This document shows positions 6,781 to 13,289 of a stretch of 19,184 bases of DNA, piece by piece; the stretch's first letter is position 1, and every line of letters starts with the position of its first letter. The stretch lies in NCBI GenBank assembly GCA_937886445.1, contig CALGBY010000112.1, forward strand, positions 1 through 19,184, given 5' to 3'. The translations under genes and the position numbers were made by a program. Under the pieces are notes generated by a model. It was not told the origin of the DNA and did not search any database. It saw nothing but the letters and a program-made list of their open reading frames with translations. Source of the DNA: an uncultured Clostridia bacterium. GTDB taxonomy: Bacteria; Bacillota; Clostridia; Christensenellales; Aristaeellaceae.

Positions 6781-7272
6781 TTAATCCTCTAATAGATCTG
6801 ATCCGCTGATCACAATCGGTTGATCAATAGTTAACTTGTATTTATCAGAAAAGATCCCCAAATGTCTACCCAGAAGTTCCAAGGCACGAACTTTATCAGG
6901 GAAACGCATTTCTATTTCTTCACCTTCACCGTTTTTCATTGGGATTTTTTTCACTCTAATTCCGGAAATTGTAGATAAATCTTCAGTTGAAACATCGGGG
7001 AGAATATGACCTGTATTCAGATCAACAACATCAGAAGGATTCTGAAAAGCAACTTTTGCTAGTTCCTTTATTACCCGATCTGCTGTTACTTCAGTTCTCT
7101 TTGACTGCTCTTCCATTAAACTTTGGATTTTTTCCAAAACGTTATCATAGGTTAACAGTCTTGCAGCTTGCTGAGTAGCGGTTTTCGGATTATAACCGGC
7201 ACGAATAGCAGCTTTTTTACCATTCATGTCAACTATGTATTCCTCACAAAATCTTTTCTGACGGATATTCAT
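6781..7272 (-). CDS. terS: Terminase small subunit (Terminase_2 / P27-like family)
   Basis: The ATG at 7272 has an AGGAGAAAG SD. MNIRQKRFCEEYIVDMNGKKAAIRAGYNPKTATQQAARLLTYDNV is the characteristic N-terminal HTH signature of this family. No large subunit gene follows. Confidence 0.85.
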   Translation of the reverse strand: MNIRQKRFCEEYIVDMNGKKAAIRAGYNPKTATQQAARLLTYDNVLEKIQSLMEEQSKRTEVTADRVIKELAKVAFQNPSDVVDLNTGHILPDVSTEDLSTISGIRVKKIPMKNGEGEEIEMRFPDKVRALELLGRHLGIFSDKYKLTIDQPIVISGSDLLED

Positions 7273-7328
7273 GTAAATCTTTCTCCTATCCTGTGTAACA
7301 CCGATATATATCAATATATAAAGTGATT

Positions 7329-7820
7329 TCAGACAACTGAAGCATATTCTTCTATCTTTCCTTCCTTTTCTAGAAGGTCAAAAATTGCTAGTAAGCCTTT
7401 TTCATAATACCTGAATGATGTTTTTTCACTCACATCGTCAAAATCAAGTATTACTGACCAAGGAAGAAGGTGAATGTGTTTTAAGCAAAGATAGATTCGA
7501 CTGTTTCTATCCTGAACCATTTCAATTGCTTTCCTGACTTCAATCTGCATATCAACCAGTTCTGCAAGTTTATCTTCAGCGAGATTTTCAAGCTGCTCTT
7601 TTTCTTGAAAAAATTTTTCGTAGTAAGCTTCTTGTTTCTTGGATGTTTGTACAGAAGGTTTATCCAATTGTATTGGTGGTAAACTGTACATTTTTTCATT
7701 TGCCTTTTTTATCTCTCCGATCAATGATTCTATTTCCAAGTCTGATCTTTCGTATCTGGAAAGAAACGACCGGGCTATTCGCTTTTTCTGCATTGGATCA
7801 TAGTTGGTTGTTCGAAGCAT
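7329..7820 (-). CDS. Putative late-gene transcriptional activator with a sigma-70 region-4-like C-terminal HTH (RinA/ArpU/DUF1492-type position)
   Basis: 163 aa. The C-terminus RIYLCLKHIHLLPWSVILDFDDVSEKTSFRYYEKGLLAIFDLL resembles a region-4 HTH. It sits immediately upstream of terS, as late activators do in Firmicute siphophages. It has an AGAGGTGA SD. Confidence 0.5.
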   Translation of the reverse strand: MLRTTNYDPMQKKRIARSFLSRYERSDLEIESLIGEIKKANEKMYSLPPIQLDKPSVQTSKKQEAYYEKFFQEKEQLENLAEDKLAELVDMQIEVRKAIEMVQDRNSRIYLCLKHIHLLPWSVILDFDDVSEKTSFRYYEKGLLAIFDLLEKEGKIEEYASVV

Positions 7821-7833
7821 TATTAATCACCTC

Positions 7834-8004
7834 TTACAAATGAAACATTATCTTAAAGTTTTCTACTTCTTTCCGATAGTTATCAGTCATTCTTCGGAGT
7901 GTCTGAGTTCTTACATTTGAATTTCTGGCTGAAAGAATCAATACTTTTTCTTTTTTTAACCGTTCGTATTCAAATTGACGCAGCTGCTTTTCAACCTTTC
8001 GCAT
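7834..8004 (-). CDS. Small basic hypothetical protein (56 aa)
   Basis: It is below the ORF-track cutoff. The ATG at 8004 has an AAAGGAAG SD. The product is MRKVEKQLRQFEYERLKKEKVLILSARNSNVRTQTLRRMTDNYRKEVENFKIMFHL. It fills an otherwise empty gap in a tightly packed operon. Confidence 0.45.
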   Translation of the reverse strand: MRKVEKQLRQFEYERLKKEKVLILSARNSNVRTQTLRRMTDNYRKEVENFKIMFHL

Positions 8005-8018
8005 TGACAATACTTCCT

Positions 8019-8207
8019 TTACTGCTGTTCTGATTGTTCCATCAGAAGATCACGGAAAAAATCATCGGGATTTCCAAAAACAAGCCTTGGATTCAGATTC
8101 AACGGTTTTCTTTCGTTTTCATTCTGTTTCTGGATACGACTATATTTTGGTGATATATATTCAGATCCATATGAGATTTGATATACTTCTTCTTTTCTGG
8201 TTTTCAT
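8019..8207 (-). CDS. Hypothetical protein (62 aa)
   Basis: The ORF is in the operon orientation, but I see no clear SD upstream of the ATG at 8207. Confidence 0.35.
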   Translation of the reverse strand: MKTRKEEVYQISYGSEYISPKYSRIQKQNENERKPLNLNPRLVFGNPDDFFRDLLMEQSEQQ

Positions 8208-8223
8208 GATTGTTTAGAAAATC

Positions 8224-8257
8224 ATACCGGGTTTGTAGTAAATCACAAACCCGGTAT
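8224..8257 (-). terminator. Perfect 13-bp hairpin after the 251-aa gene (terminator or attenuator)
   Basis: ATACCGGGTTTGT-N8-ACAAACCCGGTAT. On the minus strand it is followed by GATTTTCT, a short T tract, so termination may be partial. Confidence 0.5.
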
Positions 8258-8271
8258 AGTCAGTTCATGAT

Positions 8272-9027
8272 TTACTTCAAAATAGTTTCAATCAATTCTC
8301 GGTCAGAGATAACATGATTCTGAAACAGACTGGAAAATTGGTTTTCCAGAACTGAATACATCTTCCCGACTTGAATCATCCATTCTTCACATGAAAGGAA
8401 ACTGTAAGGAATCCTATCCTGCATATAAATAACCGGGGAATCATTAACAGACGAAGCGTAAAAATCATAGTTGGCTGCATTGGTGAGGATGTCTTTTATT
8501 CGATCAAAGTAATTCAGATAATCAACAACGTTTGTATATACACCGGATTTTTCTTCAATCATAATCAGAACTTCATTACTATACTGATCAACCCCACCAA
8601 GGGATCTTGTTTTAGAATCAGCCTTGACACGGATAACATCCAGTACAGTTTTTGTACTTCGATATGATCCTGATAATGGTTGAAGGATATTTTTAAGATT
8701 CACAGTATCCAAGGAAGAATCCAGCATATCAACAACACGAAGAGCATTCTGAATATCAACGGAATGATCTTTGTTATCTTCCGGGAAAGTAATTTCAAAA
8801 TCCTTGCAGAATTTATCAACAATTTCCCGGAAAAGCTTACTCATGTTTTTACAGCTTTCCTTAAGTTCAGAGAAGATGACCTGTTTCTTCTCTTCTTTTC
8901 CTTTCGGTGACCATCTCCAATCAGCCATCAATTGATTCAGGGAATCACCTTTTTCTTTAATCGTTTTTGCAAAGAGAGCATTCATAGTACGAACCTGATC
9001 TGCATATGTTTTGTAATTAGTTGTCAT
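8272..9027 (-). CDS. Hypothetical protein (251 aa), apparently helical, no recognisable family; co-transcribed with the tape measure gene
   Basis: The ATG at 9027 has an AAGGGTGG SD 8 nt upstream and lies 30 nt after the tape-measure stop. It does not resemble the beta-rich distal tail proteins that normally follow a tape measure gene. Confidence 0.65.
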   Translation of the reverse strand: MTTNYKTYADQVRTMNALFAKTIKEKGDSLNQLMADWRWSPKGKEEKKQVIFSELKESCKNMSKLFREIVDKFCKDFEITFPEDNKDHSVDIQNALRVVDMLDSSLDTVNLKNILQPLSGSYRSTKTVLDVIRVKADSKTRSLGGVDQYSNEVLIMIEEKSGVYTNVVDYLNYFDRIKDILTNAANYDFYASSVNDSPVIYMQDRIPYSFLSCEEWMIQVGKMYSVLENQFSSLFQNHVISDRELIETILK

Positions 9028-9057
9028 TATGTTTTCCACCCTTTCTTTTTGTATTAA

Positions 9058-12000
9058 TTATAAGTAAATCCCTTCCGCAACGATTTCCAACCGTTCTGCA
9101 ACCTTGTCTTCCAACTGGGAAATAATGCCGTCAATATCCATGTCAGAACTGATCGTGTTATTGTTGTTCATTTCAACCTTCACTTCAGCTGTTGTGAAGT
9201 GATTGATCACTTCACGTTCAGCCAGTGACCGGATCTTCTGAACATCAGAATCAGACAATTTCACAGCATCAGAAGCATCTTCTATCAACTGTGCTTGTTC
9301 CATGGCAGCAAAGTCACCGATCAAAGACCATGTAGAATCATCCCATGCTTTGGTAATGCCAGTGGAAGCGCTGACAACAGCCTTTTCCATATCATACCGA
9401 CCATCATTCACGGCATTGACATAACCGGCAACCATCATGGATCCAGACCAATAGGTTTCCTTAGACGGGGAATGAATACCGGCAGCAGCATTGGCAGCAG
9501 CCAAAGCATTTCTGACAACGGCAGCAGCAGCTGCTGCAACCGCACCGGATCCGGAATTGATACCCTGTACAAAACCGGCATCAATCATTGCACCGGTTGT
9601 AGCTGCAACACCAACAACCATTCCAGCAGTGGACTGAATACCGATTGCCAAACCTTCATTCAAGAAACCACCGGCAGCAATAGTATAGGTAGACGGGGAA
9701 GCAACACCCAAGGCACTGAGGATAGCACTTACCGTTGCGGATGCCATAGCGGAACCGGATGCAGCCGGTTGACTGGCACTTCCGTCAATACCACCGGCAA
9801 GACCGGCAGACAAGTAAGCACCCCATTCAGCAGGATTTTCACCGGCTGCTTCCAGCGCTTGTTTGAAATCCAATGTTTTGATGATTCCTTCCATGGCACC
9901 GGAAAGACCGGACATATCCATGTTTTCACTGATTTCAGGATTTTCAAGCATGGATTTAAGCAAGCTGGAAAGAATCGGATTATCAGATACAGTCTGAAGA
10001 TCATTAGAAAGTGCTTCCATGATCTGTTTTTCGTAATCATCCATGAATAAATCGACATTGCCTAATTGACCGACACCAAAGAGATCATAGAAGGATTCAA
10101 AACTATCAAATCCACCAAATTGATCAGCAAAGAATCCACTATCCCATGCAGATTTTGCAATAGCCTTAGTATAAGCTGCATACTGTTGATCAAACATTTC
10201 ATTGTATGTACCGTCAGCATTATAGGTACTCAAATTACTCCGTTCAACAAACATCCGCATTACATCATAATCACCAGCTGCCTTTTCTAAAGCAGATGCA
10301 GCTTCCGGATACTGGGAAGCCATACCATTGAAAAGTTCACTGATTCTTTGGGTGTATTCAGTGCGAAGTGAATCAAGTTCTGTACTAAGGGAAGTTCTCA
10401 GGGTGTCATATTCCAGCCTTGCAGCTTCAGCAGCAGCGGTATCACCGGCAGCAGCTGCTTCAGCAATCTTCCGTTCAGCTTCCTGCATTTTGGCAGCGTA
10501 TTCAGAAGCAACCTGATCAATTGCAGCATTGGATTTTGCTGCTTCATAAGCAACGGCAGTTCCAAACATGTCAGTGGTGCCAAAACCATAAGCAACAGCG
10601 GTTGAAGTATTTTCATAATCTTGATTTATTTCACCGGGTTTCAAACCGTCCAATGCTGCTTGAACTTCTGCTATCTTACCCATGGTGCTGTTATAAGTTC
10701 CGTCATCAATCGTGATCGGAATATCCTTGGCACCTTCCAGAATTCTGTCCAGATCGGAAGGAATAGATGCAATGGCTGTACCGATAGCAGCCACGGCACC
10801 GGCAATCAGCATAGCCTGACCAACGGGTGTATTCACCACAAAATTGGTAACCGCACCAAACGCTTTTGTCAGCGTTTCAGAATTCTTGATTCCTTTGATT
10901 GTTTTCAAAGCGGTACTTACAGTTTTCACGGCAGTACCGGCAATGGTCAAAGTCGGTCCAAGTGCAGCCAAACCACCAAGGAAGGTGATCAAAGCAGTCT
11001 GATCTTCTTCAGACATTTTGTTGAATCCATCAAGGATGTTATTCACAATATCCAGTGCCGGTTGAAGCGCTTGGGCAAGATTTTCACCGAATTCAGCCAT
11101 GGTATTATGAAGCTTGTTTCCAAGCATACCGGTCTGACTTTCGGTTGTTTCCATTTGCTTGTTGAATTCTTCAGTAGCTGCTGTTCCCTGATCGTAAGCA
11201 TCCACAGCAGCCTGAATAGCGGATGCAAACAGTTCCGGTCTGGATGCCATTGCAGCAATCAGATTTGACTCACGGATTTCTTTCAGACCCATCTTGTCCA
11301 AGACGGCAAGAATGGATTCACCACCGTTTTCACCCATCTTGCTAAGTCCAACAAAGAAGTTGGACATGGCATCAGCAGGATTCTTGTTCCAGTCATCAAT
11401 GAACTGCTGTGAAGTTTTTCCGGATGCTTCAGCAAACTGATCCATCAGCAGCCAACTGTCACCCATGGATTTGACGGCATCCACCGTCATGTTCATGCTT
11501 GTGGCGAGATCAACCAGATCTTCTTTCTTGGCACCGTCAACCCATTGACTGAATTCAAGACCAGATCCAAATTCCATACCGGCAGCGGAAAGTTTCTGCT
11601 GTGCCTGACCACCAACTTCAGCAGCCATCTGGAATTGTTTAATCAATTTTGCAGCAGCTGAACCACCGGCTTCCGGATTGATACCAACAGCCCGGAAAGC
11701 GGTTGCCATACCAAGAATTTCAGGTGTAGATATCCCGGCAAGGTGTGCAGCGGAAGCCATTCTGTTACCAAGGGCAAGGATCTGGTCTTCAGTGGCATTG
11801 AAGTTGTTGCCCAGATCAACAACGGCAGAGGAAAAAGCCCCAATGTTGGCAACTCCACCTTCAGTGATGTTCAGGAAAGAAGCAACATCCTGAGCGCCAC
11901 TTTCACCAGAAATGTGCTGATCAGTAGCATACTGAAGTTTGGCATATTCAGTCATGAAAGCTTCCATGTCATTGATAGCCACACCCAAGTTACCACCGGT

Positions 12001-12402
12001 TTGAGCAATTCCCATCAGGTCTACATAGGACATGGGGGTTGTTTCGGACAGTTCCAAAGCGGTTTCTTTCAGCGCTTGATACTGGGCATCTGTTCCTTCA
12101 ACCGTCTTGGTCATTCCGACAAAGGCAGCTTCATAATCAGAGAAATCACCAAACATACTTTTGCCAAGGGCAATCAATGGGGCAGTAATGGCAAGTGTCA
12201 TGGTCTTACCAACCTTCTGCATCCGTTCCCCGGCAGCTTCAGCTTTGGCAATGAAATTATCAAAGCTGAAGCCGTCAATGGTTCCCTGTTCGTCAGCTAC
12301 ACCTTTAAGGGCTGATTTCATGGAATTGATATTCTCTTCAATGGTAGCCAGCTTTCCGGACATCTTGTCAACAAGTTCAATCGTTGAAGATATCGTTGCC
12401 AT
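9058..12402 (-). CDS. Phage tail tape measure protein (TP901-family core region)
   Basis: 1114 aa. The N-terminal region is coiled-coil-like. The segment ...LSETTPMSYVDLMGIAQTGGNLGV...LGNRMASAAHLAGIS... is typical of the TP901 TMP core. There are central hydrophobic segments (ALITFLGGLAALGPTLTIAG, AMLIAGAVAAIGTAIASI). The C-terminal region is Ala/Gly-rich and contains the GIHSPSKETYWSG motif common in Firmicute TMPs. Confidence 0.85.
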   Translation of the reverse strand: MATISSTIELVDKMSGKLATIEENINSMKSALKGVADEQGTIDGFSFDNFIAKAEAAGERMQKVGKTMTLAITAPLIALGKSMFGDFSDYEAAFVGMTKTVEGTDAQYQALKETALELSETTPMSYVDLMGIAQTGGNLGVAINDMEAFMTEYAKLQYATDQHISGESGAQDVASFLNITEGGVANIGAFSSAVVDLGNNFNATEDQILALGNRMASAAHLAGISTPEILGMATAFRAVGINPEAGGSAAAKLIKQFQMAAEVGGQAQQKLSAAGMEFGSGLEFSQWVDGAKKEDLVDLATSMNMTVDAVKSMGDSWLLMDQFAEASGKTSQQFIDDWNKNPADAMSNFFVGLSKMGENGGESILAVLDKMGLKEIRESNLIAAMASRPELFASAIQAAVDAYDQGTAATEEFNKQMETTESQTGMLGNKLHNTMAEFGENLAQALQPALDIVNNILDGFNKMSEEDQTALITFLGGLAALGPTLTIAGTAVKTVSTALKTIKGIKNSETLTKAFGAVTNFVVNTPVGQAMLIAGAVAAIGTAIASIPSDLDRILEGAKDIPITIDDGTYNSTMGKIAEVQAALDGLKPGEINQDYENTSTAVAYGFGTTDMFGTAVAYEAAKSNAAIDQVASEYAAKMQEAERKIAEAAAAGDTAAAEAARLEYDTLRTSLSTELDSLRTEYTQRISELFNGMASQYPEAASALEKAAGDYDVMRMFVERSNLSTYNADGTYNEMFDQQYAAYTKAIAKSAWDSGFFADQFGGFDSFESFYDLFGVGQLGNVDLFMDDYEKQIMEALSNDLQTVSDNPILSSLLKSMLENPEISENMDMSGLSGAMEGIIKTLDFKQALEAAGENPAEWGAYLSAGLAGGIDGSASQPAASGSAMASATVSAILSALGVASPSTYTIAAGGFLNEGLAIGIQSTAGMVVGVAATTGAMIDAGFVQGINSGSGAVAAAAAAVVRNALAAANAAAGIHSPSKETYWSGSMMVAGYVNAVNDGRYDMEKAVVSASTGITKAWDDSTWSLIGDFAAMEQAQLIEDASDAVKLSDSDVQKIRSLAEREVINHFTTAEVKVEMNNNNTISSDMDIDGIISQLEDKVAERLEIVAEGIYL

Positions 12403-12481
12403 TCCGTTTCACCGTCCTTTCTGTATAAGATTCGGGGGAATTCTGCATAAAATAGATATTATATTGAATAATCCCATGAAA

Positions 12482-12510
12482 ATTATACCACAAAATGTTA
12501 GCAAATGCAA
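12482..12510 (-). promoter_or_regulatory. Near-consensus promoter directly upstream of the tape measure gene (TTGCAT-17-TATAAT with TG extension)
   Basis: On the minus strand the -35 is at 12505..12510 and the -10 at 12482..12487, preceded by TGg. It lies about 73 nt upstream of the TMP ATG and just downstream of the cassette B terminator. Confidence 0.6.
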
Positions 12511-12601
12511 ACGAAACCATTTATTTTCAACGGTTTCAGCCATTTCAAGCGGGACTGAATTTTATTCATTTTATTCAATTTTTCAATGAAATGATTGAAA
12601 T

Positions 12602-12627
12602 GAAAAAACCGGGCTGCTACACCCGGT
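12602..12627 (-). terminator. Rho-independent terminator of small-ORF cassette B
   Basis: The minus strand reads ACCGGG-N8-CCCGGT followed by TTTTTT. The stem overlaps the ORF B stop codon. Confidence 0.65.
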
Positions 12628-12773
12628 CAATCAACACATATTCCCGTTGTTTCGGTATCGTGAAGCTTCATCCATTCTTCAAATTCCTTCCGGTGTTCCT
12701 CATGGGTTCCCGGCTTCAGATGCCAATTATCCGTTTCAAAGATAACCCATTCAGGGAACCAATCAGGAAACAC
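12627..12773 (-). CDS. Small Trp-rich acidic protein B (48 aa), paralog of 6515..6658
   Basis: The GTG at 12773 has a GGAAGGGG SD 7 nt upstream and an in-frame stop just upstream. The product is VFPDWFPEWVIFETDNWHLKPGTHEEHRKEFEEWMKLHDTETTGICVD. The shared pattern is P-[DE]-WF-x-EWVI-x-ETDNW-x-LKP...EF..WMK.H...VD. Confidence 0.5.
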   Translation of the reverse strand: MFPDWFPEWVIFETDNWHLKPGTHEEHRKEFEEWMKLHDTETTGICVD

Positions 12774-12807
12774 GATTTCACCCCTTCCAGATCATCAGAA
12801 AGAATAT

Positions 12808-12857
12808 CCCTTCCCCAAGGCTTGATTGTGCCTAATCAACCAACTTTAGGGGAAGGG
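12808..12857 (-). promoter_or_regulatory. Leader hairpin of cassette B containing an anti-SD-like arm
   Basis: CCCTTCCCC (12849..12857) pairs with GGGGAAGGG (12808..12816), with an inner TTGATT/AATCAA stem. A T-rich ATATTCTTTCT follows. The same CCCTTCC could instead pair with the SD GGAAGGG at 12782..12788. Confidence 0.4.
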
Positions 12858-12901
12858 TGCCGAAAAAGAAACCAAAAATGAAAACCCGATGCCATACGGA
12901 C

Positions 12902-12930
12902 ATTATACACCTTTTCCCGGACACAGTAAA
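12902..12930 (-). promoter_or_regulatory. Promoter of cassette B (TTTACT-17-TATAAT)
   Basis: On the minus strand the -35 is at 12925..12930 and the -10 at 12902..12907. Confidence 0.45.
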
Positions 12931-13130
12931 CCCCCGGTTGGCTGGAAACCAGGGGTTGCCTTCAGGCTTCACTTCCTTCAGGATGAACAAATTGTATTAC
13001 CTTCAGAAAGCCCCGTCAATATAGCCCAGCCTTTCAGATTTGCGATTCTGGCGGGGTCTGATCGTTTTCCCCGGTATTCGCCCATCTGAACCGGAAAGGG
13101 GCTAAAAAGGGCTGTTTTTGAGCCAAAGAA

Positions 13131-13157
13131 GGAACCGGGCAAAAAACACCCGGTTCC
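13131..13157. other. Perfect 9-bp GC-rich hairpin in the right att arm
   Basis: GGAACCGGG-N9-CCCGGTTCC. On the minus strand it is followed by TTCTTTGG, a weak tail. It may insulate the element from transcription entering from the right junction, or it may be a structural att element. Confidence 0.35.
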
Positions 13158-13168
13158 GGTCTGATCCT

Positions 13169-13190
13169 TGTTACTACCCTGTTACTAACG
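13169..13190 (+). repeat. Tandem TGTTACTA motifs at 11-bp period (candidate arm-type integrase sites, right arm)
   Basis: TGTTACTAccc TGTTACTAACG. The second copy is identical over 11 bp to 1139..1149 in the left arm, in the same orientation. Confidence 0.4.
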
Positions 13191-13277
13191 GGGGAGTTTT
13201 CCCCGGTCTGAAAAAAGCCTCTGAAGCTTGAAACGGTTGAACTTTCAGCCCTTTCAATACGTTGAAATTGAACAAAT

Positions 13278-13289
13278 TTATGACATAAT
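13278..13289 (+). repeat. attR core (TTATGACATAAT)
   Basis: It is an exact copy of 1077..1088. The flanking bases differ on both sides. Confidence 0.75.

Larger units (their letters stand above)
1077..13289. mobile_element. 12.2-kb integrative phage-satellite-like (PICI-like) island inserted in the histidine kinase gene
   Basis: Bounded by a perfect 12-bp direct repeat. The integrase is at one end. It carries a repressor/cro switch, primase-helicase and terS but no terL, portal, capsid or lysis genes. Almost all genes are on the minus strand and tightly packed. Confidence 0.8.

Noticed and set aside
9295-12315. Long plus-strand ORFs inside the tape measure gene (9295..10050, 10621..11268, 11743..12315 and several shorter ones).
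   Set aside because: They are antisense to a well-supported 1114-aa gene. Their products are low-complexity (Ser/Gly/Cys/His-rich) and they have no SDs. They are typical shadow ORFs opposite an Ala/Gly-rich coding region.
6355-12930. The inverted small-ORF cassettes as recombination sites of an invertible DNA segment.
   Set aside because: The copies look strongly diverged at the nucleotide level by eye. No long identical core is apparent, and no invertase or second recombinase is present. Inversion by homologous or site-specific recombination therefore seems unlikely. I report them as paralogous cassettes instead.
12495-13089. Plus-strand ORFs 12495..12881 and 12889..13089 in the region between the TMP gene and attR.
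   Set aside because: They have no SDs and odd composition. They run antisense through the better-supported cassette B (promoter, leader hairpin, paralogous small ORF, terminator) and the TMP promoter.
1139-13190. The 11-bp direct repeat TGTTACTAACG (1139..1149 and 13180..13190), considered as the att core of the element.
   Set aside because: Recombination at these sites would not restore the kinase frame. The two copies sit in different codon phases, and an in-frame stop lies at 13222. The 12-bp TTATGACATAAT repeat restores a complete 404-codon kinase. I kept the 11-mers as candidate arm-type sites instead.
13228-13277. The TTG start at 13228 as a genuine start for an N-terminally truncated kinase.
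   Set aside because: The first 50 nt are element DNA. There is no SD upstream and an in-frame stop lies at 13222. The ORF simply opens by chance before the attR junction.
1077-13289. Interpreting the insert as an intact temperate prophage.
   Set aside because: It is only 12.2 kb and has no large terminase, portal, capsid, tail tube, baseplate or lysis genes in any frame that I can recognise.
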